DNA from: Azolla caroliniana
Taxonomy: Eukaryota; Plantae; Polypodiophyta
Direction: 5' to 3'
DNA: 64,000 bases
Assembly (NCBI GenBank): GCA_043228905.1
Contig: JBHGNT010000011.1
Location: 20,708,001 to 20,772,000, forward strand
The notes under the pieces are model-generated. The model saw only the letters and a program-made list of their open reading frames with translations, was not told the DNA's origin and searched no databases. Shown here one piece after another: positions 12,481-25,799 of this stretch (within the stretch, counting starts at the first letter, position 1; every line of letters begins with the position of its first letter). The position numbers and the translations under genes are program-made.

Positions 12481-14412
12481 AGCGTTTGGTATGCAAACCC
12501 TTTCCCCTCTCTTTGAAGTGTCTAAATATACACCATTTTATTGTGTAGTCCAATGTTATCAATATATTATGATGTAGTTCAAACACTATCATGCTCAACC
12601 AAGCCCAAAAAATGCTCACCGACAACTAGTCACCAAACAATCACATCCCTTCTGACTAATCACCCCATGACTTGTTTCCCTATCACAACTACTATCTTTT
12701 CCTAACATATATTCCCACTTCCCATCTTCTCCCTAACGACTTCATCATATGCATAGAACCATACCAAATATTGTACAACTCTTACCTTTGTTCCATTTCT
12801 ACCCACTAGTCGTAATAAGGGCTTGAAGTTTTTTGCATTATCCCAAAACTTATTGCAATGGGGATTTTCTACTCCTTGTTTTTAATTGTCCATGGTGACT
12901 ATACACTTTTGATAAAGCCACACATTTATAGCATCTAGTTTCCACCAAAATAACAAGTAAGTCTCATGCGCATGGTTTCTCGAGGTTCTACGTGTCATGA
13001 CCAGGAGAAAATTCTTAATGTATTTGACCTCTTAATGTGTTCTCTCTGGTGAAATTTGTGAAGTATCTCTCCGTTCTACATTCTAGAGTAATCACTATAC
13101 ATTTCACATCTCTTACAGTCTTGTCTCCAAAAGTTGTTTTTTTTTCCTTTTAATTTCTAACCTTGTATTCAAGCAATTTATTTCAATGAAATTCAAAGTT
13201 GTAGAATGACATGAAGCTAGTCACAAATTTCTAAATGGGTGGTTGACTATAACATGCACAATGTGAACATGGATGCTTCATAAGTAGTATGTATGAACAT
13301 GGGTTATTGTCTAAGTTTATAGACATTCGGTGTGAGGAACACACTTAGGTCCTATGCAAGAATTACAATACACAAAATGTCATGTGGAGTATGGTATGGG
13401 ACACCAACTCTTGAGGTAGGGACCAACCTACTACCAACTAGGTCAAAACCTCACAATGAGCATGACTTGGCTCTATGGATACAAGGTGAGCTTGATGTCA
13501 AATTCACTATGTTGTCTTTTCTAAGTGTGTGTACAAATAGTAGTACATTTCGTCACATGTGCAATATAGAGTAAGTGACATTATATACATTAATAACTAA
13601 TGTATTAGCTCCATGAAGGAGAACATTTTGGACCTCATGCACACATCCACAACAAAATCTTCATCAAGGGACAATGTTCAACTATTCGAAGTGGACCACA
13701 AGCTCAATGATAATTTGGTTTGCACCAATGTTAGTGTCCTATTATCTATATCGTTAATGGAATGACGTGGAACCTAGCCCTCAGAAGTTCAAATGTAAAG
13801 GATGAAACTAGTATCATACTACTTCCATACCATGTTTTTGAAGGAAGGGAAATGTTGGGGACCCGAAAGGTTTCTCCTGACAGTATGAAGTGATAAAAAA
13901 CCGATGAAAAAAGTCTCACATTTCAATAGTACCCATTCTCACCAATCAATGAAACAAGCAAACATTACTTTCTTTGGTCTACCTCCAACCCCACCCATTT
14001 GGTGTGTGGGCAACCCCAACGCACTCATTCTTAGCGGAGGGAGGAGGAAAGTGTAAAAAGGTAGAGAGAGATATGTAAGTTCTTTGATAGTCTCATACAA
14101 AGTCCCCATACAAAAACAAAAATGGATATGTAATTGAGCTCTACTACAAACACCTTGTTGCCAAAGAAGTTACCATTATAGCACACATAGACAACAACTA
14201 GTCTTGTAACAGATGAAAAGGTTAACCTAGCCACAAGGAACCTTACGATGTGAATAAAAACGAACAAGGAGTATTTGCAGTATCGCGTGGTTTTAATACG
14301 AGTATATAATAGTTCTATGAGTGAGAGAGAAAGAAAGATATATTTAACGTCTTCTAAGACCAAAATTGGCGCATGAGACAATTGCTTTACAACAAAAACG
14401 GGATATTTACCC
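12370..14412. mobile_element. Non-autonomous Mutator-like (MULE) DNA transposon, decayed
   Basis: ~100-bp inverted repeats: + strand at 12388 GTTGTAAACCAATCGTCTCATGGACCAATTTTGGTCTTAGAA vs - strand near 14393 GTTGTAAAGCAATTGTCTCATGCGCCAATTTTGGTCTTAGAA, both followed by CT repeats and CTCATAGA. Right terminus GGGTAAATATC is MULE-like. The 9-bp flanks TTTCTTCAT / ATTCATCAA match 6/9. Confidence 0.65.
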
Positions 14413-14636
14413 ATTCATCAAACACAGGTTTACACGTATACCCCTAATGTGTGTGTGGGGGAAGATGCAAGGCAACGAAGAGGTTTTTGTAGAAGAGCAA
14501 GAGGGAGGCGAGGCGAGGTTCTGTAAGCGGGGCCGATAAGAGAAGTGTGGAAGGAGCCTTAAAGAGATGAGAGGGAGGTAAGTTCTAAGGTCTAAAGTGT
14601 GTTTTCTTACAAAGTGTGGGCTATGTAAGTGCACAT

Positions 14637-14764
14637 GCATGTATGCATATGTGTATGTATGTATGTATGTATGTATGTATGTATGTATGCGTGTATGTAT
14701 GTATGTATGTATGTATGTATGTATGTATGTATGTATGTATGTATGTATGTATGTATGTATGTAT
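14637..14764. repeat. (TATG)n microsatellite upstream of the TRM gene
   Basis: Long, nearly perfect run of TATG units. Confidence 0.97.
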
Positions 14765-15187
14765 TTAGTAGTAGAGTTTGGAACAGGGGAGGAAAACAGA
14801 ACAATGAGGAGAGAGTAGCAGAGGAAGCCCAAAAGGATCCATGCATTCATCTTCATCTTCATCTTCATCTCCTTCTCTTCCATGGAAACTCTATACATTC
14901 CTTCTTCACACCTAATTCATCCTCTCCTGTTCCACTCTCTCTCTCTCTCTTTCCTCTTCTCTCTCTCTAATCACCTCTCTCGTCTCATATAATTGATATA
15001 CAGAATTGCCCAATTTGAGATCTAAATCCTCCACACCTCTTTCTCCCTTAATTTCCTCCCAAATTCCTCTCAAAAAGTAATAATTTGGGCGTCTTCTTCT
15101 TTCGGGGCTCCTTTCTGTAGCCATTCTGGTTTTGTTTTTTTCCTTTGATTCTTCGTCTTGTATAAGGAGGAAGAAGAGACAGAAGGA

Positions 15188-18100
15188 ATGTCTAAGAATG
15201 ATGTCTTCTATAGGCGTTCTTTTCACTCTGATAGAGATCTGAGGGGGGTAGAGAGCATGCTGGAGCTAGATCAGCCATTGTTCGGAAGGAAAACTAATGC
15301 CAATAAAAGGGTTCATCCTAATTCTGATGCTGGTAAGAATATTAATGCTTAACAATCTTAAGGCATTAGAGAAGTCGCATAAAAGATAACATCTAATCTT
15401 ATGCTTAGCATACAAATATGCACCTATAATTTTAATTACAGAAGTCATTAACATTGATTGATTGATTGATTGATTAATTGTTTCCTTCGTGATGATTTTA
15501 TTTTTGTGTGGAAATATTAAAGCTGATTGATTGGTTCTAGTTCTCATCTAGTGGTATTATAATAATAATAATTATTTCGGGGTTTTTTTTTAAGGACTTG
15601 AAGCTGATTGATTGTTTTCATTGATGGACTCCATTACAGAGTTGATTAACTCTTGTTCTGATCTAATGTAATGTAATTGATGTTATTAATTCGGTCTTAT
15701 TTCAAGGATTTGAAGCTCCTCGGAATAGTTTGGATGTTTCCATTGGCGGACTCTTGGATTTGAGAAGGCAAGGTCAAGTGATCAGAGCTGAAGATATTCC
15801 AGTAAGTTTTCTATCCATAGCCGCTGAATCCGTCGCCTAAGTGTAGACTTTTAGCAGAGCTACGAATGTATGTGAGGAATCCCCTAATTCTTCTTGGATT
15901 TCTGCTGCATCTGTGTGTGTGTGGGGGGAATGCAGATAGGGTATGAGCTCACGAGGAGCCTTACAAGCACAGCATCGAGGAGGAGAAGTGAGGATTTCCC
16001 GACTGTCAATCCGTTCAGCAGGTCTAATGATTCAGACTATCATCTGAAGGCCAGATCCATGGCGCGGATGCATCTTGAACCGGGGTCACAATCCAAGCCC
16101 CGGACAAGCGTGGTCGCCCGCCTGATGGGCTTAGATCCATTGCCATCTCAGGAATGTGGGAATGGATCCACTAGATTGCTGCCACAGGACCCCACCTCCA
16201 TCGCCAAGCAGAAGCAGAGCAGCTTCTACCCTTCTCTGCCTGTGTCCATGGCAGATCCCAACAGTGGCGACAGTCTGAGCTATGGCGAGCTTCCTTTCAG
16301 GAAGCACCCGCAGGAGAAGCAATTGGAAGAGTTTAAGAGAGAATTCGCGTCCCGGCACGCCCTCAGGGCGGCGGGATCGAAGAAGGCGATGAAGCAGAAG
16401 GTTCGCGCTGATGAAGCTGAAGAGGAGGCTCTGTCAGATGTGAAGCCTGAAGAGTTTCTGGACACATTGGAGTTCCTGAGGGCCAACAAGGACTTCTTCT
16501 CGCGGGTCTTGAACGATCCTGACTCCGTCTTTGCGAAGCATCTCCGGCACAGATCATCACCGGCGGCAGGTACAGGCGGCGGCGGACGAGAAGGCGGGAA
16601 TCTGAGGAGAAGCTTCTCTGAGTCTCGGAAAGATTACCATGATTTGATGATGATGATGATGATGGTTCCTGGGCCCCGAAGGAGGCCTGAGATGAGCCGA
16701 TGTGATGATCGCCGAGACTCCATCTGTGCAGGAAATCAGGATGCCAATCGCCTCCGCCATCAGAACGATTCTGCAGCTACTATGGCGGACGATCTCGATC
16801 GCCCTGTGCCGACCAGGATAGTGGTGCTAAAGCCAAATGTAGGGAAATCTGCGGCGTTTAGCAGGGCTTGCAGCTCCTCCTCGAGCTCTTCTTCGCACAC
16901 AGAGGGCCTGAGCATCAACAGGAGGGTGAAGGATGGGAAGGAGAACCAGCATCTCCTGAAGCAGCAGATCAAGGGAAGGAGCTCCTCGAGCAGTAAGAAT
17001 CAGATGAGCAGAGATGCGAAGGACATAGCCAGACGGATCATCGAGCAAGCCACAAAGGAAGAGACGACGAGGCCACATCTCTTGAGAGACTCTGCAGGGG
17101 CCGCCATGTTAGAATCGATGGGGAGGCGTCAGAGAAGAGCAGCATCTGGAGATGGCGGCGGCGGCGGCGGCATCAGCGATGGAGAAGGCCCCCATCTGTC
17201 ATCGTCGTCGTCGTCTAGCAATCGGAAGGCATACAGGGAGAATGGGAAGATGTATTCTAGCTTGCCTAGCTCTCCTCGCCTGCACAGGATTGATGCTGCA
17301 GACGATGAACATAACCGAGTCATGATGAATTCGATCGCTCGGAAGGGCCCTACTAAGGGAGCTCTGCCACACACGCCCGCGCCTGTCAAAACCTCGAAGG
17401 AGACAGCTCGAGGGGATGGATATGGTGTGGAATCCAGCCTGAAACGTGGAATCAGAAGGGAAAGGCAGAGGTCTAAGGATCCTGCAGAAGTGAGAATGAA
17501 TGCATCTTCACCTCCAAAGGTGCTTCCAAGGTCCCTTTCTGCTCCGACTGCGAATCGGACTTCTTCTGATGATGAATGCGCACGGCACAAGCCGTCGGAT
17601 CACCGCCCGGCTAAACCTAAACCCAACGAGATCTCTGTTCTCAAGGGGCGCCTCTTGAGCTTGAAAGAAAGCTTCTTCCTGTCCAGTAAGAAGAGTGCTA
17701 CTACCAAGAAGAAGGGCCGATCACCATCGCCAGTGTTGGAGATCACTACGGATTCAGTTGTGGAGCAGGAAACGAATGGCCGTGAGATTGATGGTGGGAA
17801 GGAGGCCTCCCATGGTCTTCCTCTTATTGCCACTAGCTCCCATTGGGATGAAACCAGCTTGTTGTTGACTCCAGACGACGATGACAGCAAAGAATCATCA
17901 ACAGACCATTCGCTCAATGATGCGCTTTCTTCCGATAATGGAATGGTAATGATAATGATGGATTGATTGCATTTCTTGAGGGTAAAAAATCAACATAACA
18001 GAAATTATTTCGAATGTATGATGATGCTTGAAATTGAATCCTCTCCCATCTGAATGTTATGTGAATCTTTCACTGAGAATTTGTGCAATCATTCTGAATT

Positions 18101-19198
18101 GGAGTTTGTGGTAATGTTCAGACTCCGAAAGGCCTGAGGCGATGGGTTTCGGCTGCAGCCGAATTTACCGACAACCCTCCGGATGCCAATGCCGACAAAT
18201 GTGAACAGCCCAGCCCTATATCTGTACTGGAGGTATTGCCCTACCAAGAAGAGAGCCCCATCTCTGACATCAAGCATGAAGGTAAGTAAGAGAGCTTTCA
18301 TTTCCGTTGCTTGATTCAAAATAGTTTCCATATGTCTTATCAAGTATGCATTTGTCTACATAACATCTAAATGCATATACACTCAGTATATATACATACT
18401 TACATAGGTTTATACAAATGTGTATTGTCTATATACATCTAAATGCTTGGTTTGATTGCAGATTTGTTGCATTTGGAGCATTTTCCAGTCTACAACAATA
18501 ATGAGGGTTTAGAAGATGAGGGTGTATCATTTGTTGCCCAATCTCAATCGTCCGATAACTCACCAGACGAGGGGCGATCGTGTGGGTGGACATCCGCTAC
18601 TGCGAGTACATGTGATGTTATTGCTGGCCCTCCTGAACGGCAGGCCGAGTGGACATATGTCCGAGATATCCTCATATTTGGAGGCTTCACAGAAGATGGC
18701 TTCGTAATGAAGCATGCATTCTCTCCTGAACATGGCATCAACCCGGCCATTTTCGAGAAGCTAGAGGACTATTACTACAAGGGCAAGAATGCTCTTCTTC
18801 CGGAGAGCGGCATTTTCGTAGTGCCGCTAGATTTGGAGACTCGAAGAGCGGTCTTTGATGCCGTCGATGAGATTCTTTCGGTGCAACTGAAGGATCCGAC
18901 TAGTGATGATGTTTCATGGTTTCATCGACGACAACTCAAAGTTAATGTCCGTTGTTTCTACACTGGGAAGAGGCTCCTAGAACACATATGGGCTCAATTG
19001 AGCTACTATCGACGCTTTGCTGAGTCCGAGGCTTTGGATGAGAAGGCTTTAGAAGACATTGCTATCAAGGATTTGTCGAAAGAGTGTCCGTGGGTCCATA
19101 GTGAAGTTGATGTGCAATCAGTGGCAAGCGAACTTGAGCGTCTCATCTGTGGTGACTTGATCCGGGAATTTGTCCATGATTACCGTCGAAGGAAATAA
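15188..19198 (+). CDS. TON1-recruiting-motif (TRM/LONGIFOLIA-like) protein, DUF3741 + VARLMGL + DUF4378. Exons 15188-15332, 15707-15801, 15936-17945, 18122-18281, 18462-19198
   Basis: All introns are GT-AG and phase-consistent. Motifs GFEAPRNSLD, SVVARLMGLDPLP, EEFLDTLEFL..NKDFF...L.DPDSVF, PTRIVVLKP, EQPSPISVLE, and C-terminal YVRDIL..GF, FD.VDEIL, ELERLI..DLI.E.V. Confidence 0.92.
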
Positions 19199-20607
19199 AC
19201 GCCGTACTGTTAGTTTAGATTCGTATGGTAGGCAAGCTTCAACATGTGAAATATTGGATTTGTCTTCTACCTCCCATTGATTGATATTTTGTATATAAAA
19301 TCGTTTCAAAGTGTCCAACCAAAAGCAAGCATATATGAATTTTCGCCATTTCGTTCTCGAACCCAATTTGAGCTATGTAGGTGCATTCATTTCTCTTTGA
19401 ATGAGTTTGTTGTACATTGTAAGAAAATGGCAATATGATTCTACAATATCAAAGTGAATGTTCTTGGGCTGGTTTTTGTTCACCGAGTATCGATTTGATT
19501 GGTATAAATGAGTGCGTGCGTGCATGCGCTTGTGTGAGAATTAGGGTTTTGTGTAACTCGATTTAATTGCGGAAGCATGCCTTCCATACGATTGTTTGTA
19601 CAGATGTAAGAATCTATTGATCCAAGCCAGGTAAACACCATAGGTGTTTAATGCCCCTCTTTTGGAGGGTGAAGCTTGGATTTATGTATATTTTCCGCAA
19701 ACGGAAGGAAGATTTAGGGATCGAAGAATGAGGTGGTGTTTTCTTAACCAAATGATGAGAGGCTCTTAACATCCATAAATACACTATGAGGTGGTGCTTT
19801 CATATCGTGTTAATAGTAAAATCATCAGTTTTAGTAGTCTCATCATTTATTTGTATGCTGTCACGCATGAGTGTTTGTGTACCTATTTAGGACCTGCTTT
19901 TAACACACAAAATGATTGGGGTTAAAAGCTATGAAGTAGACCTGGCTGCAGTTCTGTTTACCAAGTCATGATTTTCTTTGTCTCTATAGTTTTATTTTTA
20001 CAAACCTTCGCTATCCCAAAGATGGGTGGTTTAATGCTGAGATATCCCTAAAAAGTAGAGGTAGTTAGATATCCTGTGTAGAGAGAGTTTCTGTGACATT
20101 TATAGTGTAGGCAGATTCTCTCTTTTTAAGAATTTTATCTCTGGTAAGATTTATTGATTCATAAAATCTATGTGGTCACAAGAGCACGGTGTGGTGTGTG
20201 GGGGACTAAGTTCCATTAGTTAATGCAGCCAATTATGTAAGTGTGCAAACAACATGTTCTCCCGACACAAGTAATCATGTGACTGTGCGTGCACACACAA
20301 CATATACACATTTGTATTGCATTGGTTCTACAATGTGTTTGATTGATGGATACAATGTGTAGGCTTATCGACTTGGAACATTGAAGCCACATTACTTTGG
20401 ATTAGGTATGTGTAGGAACGAAGCCATGCATCATCGAATTGGAACTAGATTGACTTGGAGGCCCGTTCCTTTTGTATTAGGCGTCATTCATGGCCGTTTT
20501 AGGCTAATGCCATTATGTTGCGTTGAATAACACTATTGTGGCATTAACGAAACATAGATCTAACGTGTCATGGCTTCATGTGACTTCCTCTTTCTAGCCA
20601 CTAACTT

Positions 20608-20692
<85 letters not shown>
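20608..20692. repeat. Compound (AT)n(GA)n microsatellite
   Basis: Read directly. Confidence 0.95.
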
Positions 20693-20699
<7 letters not shown>

Positions 20700-22005
20700 A
20701 TCTATCTTTGGAAGATGCAAGTTGGTGGGGACTTTTTTTTGTTTACTTAGAATTTTGAACGATATGTATAGATGGGATGGTTACATTGCAATGGTAGGGA
20801 AATGATGTTTCGAAAAGATAGGCATAGTAGATTATATGATGTATGTACATATAAACAACAATAACGAGAACATAAGAAAGTAGTGTGTTGGCAGACTTGT
20901 GATGGCAAGGGTTATTCATTTGATGGGGGAGTGTTTGGAGACGGATGATGTAGTAGTGCTAGAGCATGTTTATTTTGTTCTGTTTTGGGGGGATGGGGGG
21001 GTCTACAGTTCAACAGTTGTCGTGTGCATTATGTCTAAAATAGACGCAACTCTTTTTTTTCGTGAATTGTTAAGTGAAGATAGATGTCCATGTGAGGGTG
21101 TGTCGATTGGTTGACTTAGTTAGAAGGAGGAGCACATGCAACTCGAACCAACAAAGTGTGAAGGTGATGGATGATGAATGGGTGGGTTGAGGCCCATGTG
21201 CATCATAATCGCTACAATACATAGGTATATATATATATATATATAAAATATGGAAACAATGGAAACATGATGGACAAGAGCACATCACAAACTTAATATA
21301 TGAGAATGAGACAAGACGACATACAATACACTACTACATATATATTTAATGGTGTCACACATATGTATGTATATATATGTATGGGTAGGCTTCTTGTTTT
21401 CAAAATCCAATTTGAAAAGCAAGAGTGAGAGGAGTGAATATTGTGTTTGTTTGAATTGGAGAAGATAAATTTGAAAAGAGTTAGGGGGGGGGGGAGGTTG
21501 TCATGCTTCCCATCACACCAATAAATGTAGGAGGAGAAACTCACAAAATTATGAAGAAAAGCAGAAATGATTTGTGTTTTTTGGGTTGGTTTTGTGTGGA
21601 AAAGAGAAGGTGGAAATAAAAGCAAGGGGGGGGGGGGGGGGGAGAAGTGCTCTGGCCGCTATAAATGCGAGAAAAGGCTGTTTAATTGGGTTTGAACGTG
21701 GGTGTGTGTAAGTGAATTTCGGCTCCTCACGTTAAAAAGATAAAAAGAGAGGAGATGGATTGAATAATGTGAGTATATGTATGTAGTAGAGTGAATGGGA
21801 GGGATGGGCGGCTAACCCAATTCGAAAAAAGGGCCCAATCTAATAATATTATTAATTATTAATAAAAGAGAAGAGAAGACATTCGAATTTAAATGAATAA
21901 ATATACAAACAGAAATATATGTATTTATTATATATATCTTTATTTGAAAAATAGAAATGAATGGTTTTGTTTGAATAAATAAATACATATATGTATTACA
22001 AACAG

Positions 22006-22046
<41 letters not shown>

Positions 22047-22266
22047 TGTATTTATGTATGTACATATGTACATTATTTATTTATATACCTATTTTTATTT
22101 GAAAAATAGAAATGAATGGTTTTGTTTTTTGAATGAATGTTACCCTCTCCTCTCTCTCTTTTTCTTGGGGGGGTGTCTATTTTCGTCTATTTATTTTCCT
22201 GTTTTTATTTTTTATTTTCATGGTTTTGTTTTTTGTTTCTTTAATTTATTTATGGAGGAAGTTTTG

Positions 22267-22590
22267 GAAGAAGAAGAAGAAGAAGAAGAAGAAGATGTAG
22301 AGAGTTAGTTGGTTGGTTGGTTTGTTTTGTTCGCCTTTCCTTCCCTTTCTTCTTCTTCTTCTTTTTTGTTTTGTATTGTGGATGGATGGATGGATGGAGG
22401 AAGACCATACATACATAACATACATACATTATGTATGTATGTATGATACATACATATACTTCTTCTTTAATGGAGCCGCCCTTCCCACTCCCACTCCCAC
22501 TCCCACCCCCACGACCCCATCCCATCCCATCCCATCCCATCTTCATCATCATCATCATCATCATCCATCATCCATCATCCATCATCATCA
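22267..22590. repeat. Cluster of simple repeats: (GAA)n, (GGAT)n, (TACA)n, (CCCACT)n, (CCCAT)n, (CAT)n
   Basis: Read directly. Confidence 0.9.
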
Positions 22591-25500
22591 TAATCCATCA
22601 TCACTTGGAGGGTACTTTTAAGTACCATCACCACCCATACCATCATCATCGTGTTCCCATCCCCATCCCCCATGCTTTTGTGTGTGTCCATACGTACACA
22701 CACACACACACAAATTTAGTTATCTATCTTTCTATTTAACCTGCTCTTTTAATCTCACTCACGCCCACAAGTGCTCTCCTAAGTCAGTAGTACTCCGGAA
22801 TAGTTCCCCCCCCCCCCCCATCTTAGTACTCCTCATGTTAGACTCACGATATGCATGCGCAGAAACAATTTTTGACTCGAGGACTCCATTGACCCTATCG
22901 ATCATTAAGCTATTATTACCCGTACCCACATATCTACATATCTATCAAACATGTTGCACGTTCTGAATTCCCTCTTCCACTTCCACACATTTTCGTTACA
23001 CCATTCAAATAAATATAAATTATAATATATATTTGAGTGATTTTCTGTTTGCTTAGCCATCTTGTAGATATATGATGATGCATTATATACATTGTCTATT
23101 TCCTTTTTTATAATGATTAAGGCGTTGTATGATCGTCGGAGGGACATGACGACCAACAAAAAAGAAAACTTGTTTCTCTTTCCCGAAATACTTTGACAAA
23201 TCATGCCCCCACCCCACCCCCCCTCATCTTTCTTTATAACGTTTAAGGTGTTCATGATCGTCATGTAGACATGATGGTCGACAAAAAAGAAAAGTAAATC
23301 ACATTTCTCTTTCCCAAGATGATTTGACAAAGCATGTTCCTCAAGCATGGCCTCCCACCCCTACTCCACAACTACATCCATGCTTATGGTAGAAATAGTC
23401 TTGACTCTTTTGTACAAATGATGTAAATTCATTCTATCTAATCTACTCAATGTTGACCAATATTCTAGAGGCCAACTATAACTAGACTTCACACACACAC
23501 ACTCACTCTCTCACACATACACACACACACACACTCACTCACTCACTCTCTCTCTCTCTCTCTATGTGTGTGTGTGTGTGTGTACTTTTCGGCAATTGAT
23601 CTTTTTGTATTTGCTTTCATGCCTTATACCTACCATCCCCTAAAGCCACAAACAATTTAGGGAAAGAAATTCACTAAAAACTACATAGGCTAGAAATCAT
23701 TGTATACAATGTTAGCCAAAGGTTGTACATTCCAATGTACAATTAGTGGGGATCACCTTTCATACATTACGAGGAAGATTCACATTGAGAGGAGGAGCCA
23801 TTGGAAACATAGTCATGTGGGTCCCACTACCACAAGGTACAAATAAAGAGCTCACATAGGGAGGGTAGTCCCTCAACTTGATGCATGCACAATGCACCAT
23901 CAATTGGGGCACATGCAGACTCTATAAACATGTGACATTGAACTAGGTTGAGACTCCCAAAAATCCTCAAGTTACCAAGAATAATCCAAAGCAAGACTCT
24001 CCTCTCCGCCCAACATATATGGTCCTACTACAATGCTACTTTAGGTCCTCTCATGGACGATTGGCTTCACAATACAAACTAGAAAAGTGAAACCATATAG
24101 AATAAAGCAATTATCACCACTCAATATGATATGGACACTTTGAACATATGCCAGTGTGTACAATTCAATCAATAGACTCATGAGATTGCAAACAATATGC
24201 ATTAACATGTTTGGAAGTGTGCATGTATATTTAGGCTTACATTATACATATCCAATACGCAAGTTTAAAGAATGACCTTGACAATCAACTGAAGTCTGAA
24301 ACTTCAGCTAAAGTTTCTTCAAGTAAAAGTTGTGCATTTCATGCAAAATATAAAATCCATAATACCCATACCAAACCCACATAATCCTACATATGCCATT
24401 CTTATCCAAGTATAATGTGTTATTGTTGGACAAATTGTGTGTGTGTTTGGTAGGGTATATGCATGTGCTTGATGTTACAACATCACAACTACTTCATCAA
24501 ATTTCCTTCTCTCTATGTCCCTCTCCTTCTTTGGGTCAGAGTTTGAGACTTGTAAAGTGGCAATCATGAAAGTGTATTCAAGAGAGGTTAATTCTATCGC
24601 GATGAAGTTATGCACAACCTCATAAAGATTGTTGCATTAGGATGAAAAAGAAAGTCTCATATCTAAATTCAATCATAATGCCCCATAGGTCATGCTTATG
24701 GTGCTCTGAAACATGTAAAATGTTGCAATATCATCATCTCTAATTATCTATTTTGTAAGGTACTCAATGTTCTTGTGCATGTTAAATACTCAATTTAAGA
24801 CAACATAACATTCACAAGATAATAGCTACGAAGTACAATATGCAAATCCACAATAAACATAAGTGCATAGAATCACATGTGTGACTTGGAATTGAGAAGA
24901 GAGCATTATTGGAGATTAAATCTCATGCATGTTTGTGACATGCAAAACATCACAAACATACAAGTTATTTAGCCTTATATCTCACATAATGCTAGATCAT
25001 TCATTACTTAGGTCATTAGTTTGGTTCAATTGTTTTAGAAATCTTTCGTTAGTTTACAATCATATATAAGTTCTAAATCAAGGATCTCCTTGTCACTCCA
25101 ATATATGGAGATTGTAATGTTGTCTCAAAGCATTAAACAAGTCCAAAATGAAAAATCTCATTGGCATTCCAATAGATATGCAAGTTGTCCGTGGTTATAT
25201 TGTACATAATGGCAACTAATTAATTGCATAGTAGTTACACATGGTCACTAAGGAAATCCTATATTAGGTTACAATCTCTAAAAAGTGTTAAATGAAAAAC
25301 CTCATCAACATTCCAATCTAAGGTATATTATTCTTATCCGTCGCTATTTCACTCATTGATCAACACACTTGTGTGTTTTTAAACACTACATGGTAATCTT
25401 TGTGGGAAGACTCAAAAGTGAGGGGAAAATCTAGAAAAACATTCAAAATGCAGGAGATGATATATGGTCAACAATGCCATGAGAGACATGATGTTAGATA

Positions 25501-25799
25501 ACTTTGTTGCAAGAGAAGTACTATATGGGAACCAATTCATAGTAGATGAAGAAGGGTTTCATCTACTTGCATAACCTCTTATTAAGTGGCCACTGGGAGA
25601 TGAAACATAAAAGTAAGATTTTAGACCGATAAAGTTTGTAGGTAGAGATAAATTGATAGATAGATGACGTTTAGGGGAGACTAATTGTGATATGGGGGAC
25701 AAGCCCTAGCCCATGGTGGGTGTTATAGGCATACAACCTTATGGACCAATTCTAAAGCTATTTTTAATGGGTTAAGGGTAGCCTGTAGGATAGTGGAGA

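Noticed and set aside
14407-14970. ORFs with HTYI / CMYV repeats
   Set aside because: Translations of the (TATG)n microsatellite.
16131-18343. Minus-strand ORFs opposite the TRM exons
   Set aside because: Antisense shadows of a GC-rich exon.
21991-22966. His/Pro/Glu-rich ORFs
   Set aside because: Simple-repeat artefacts with no domain signal.
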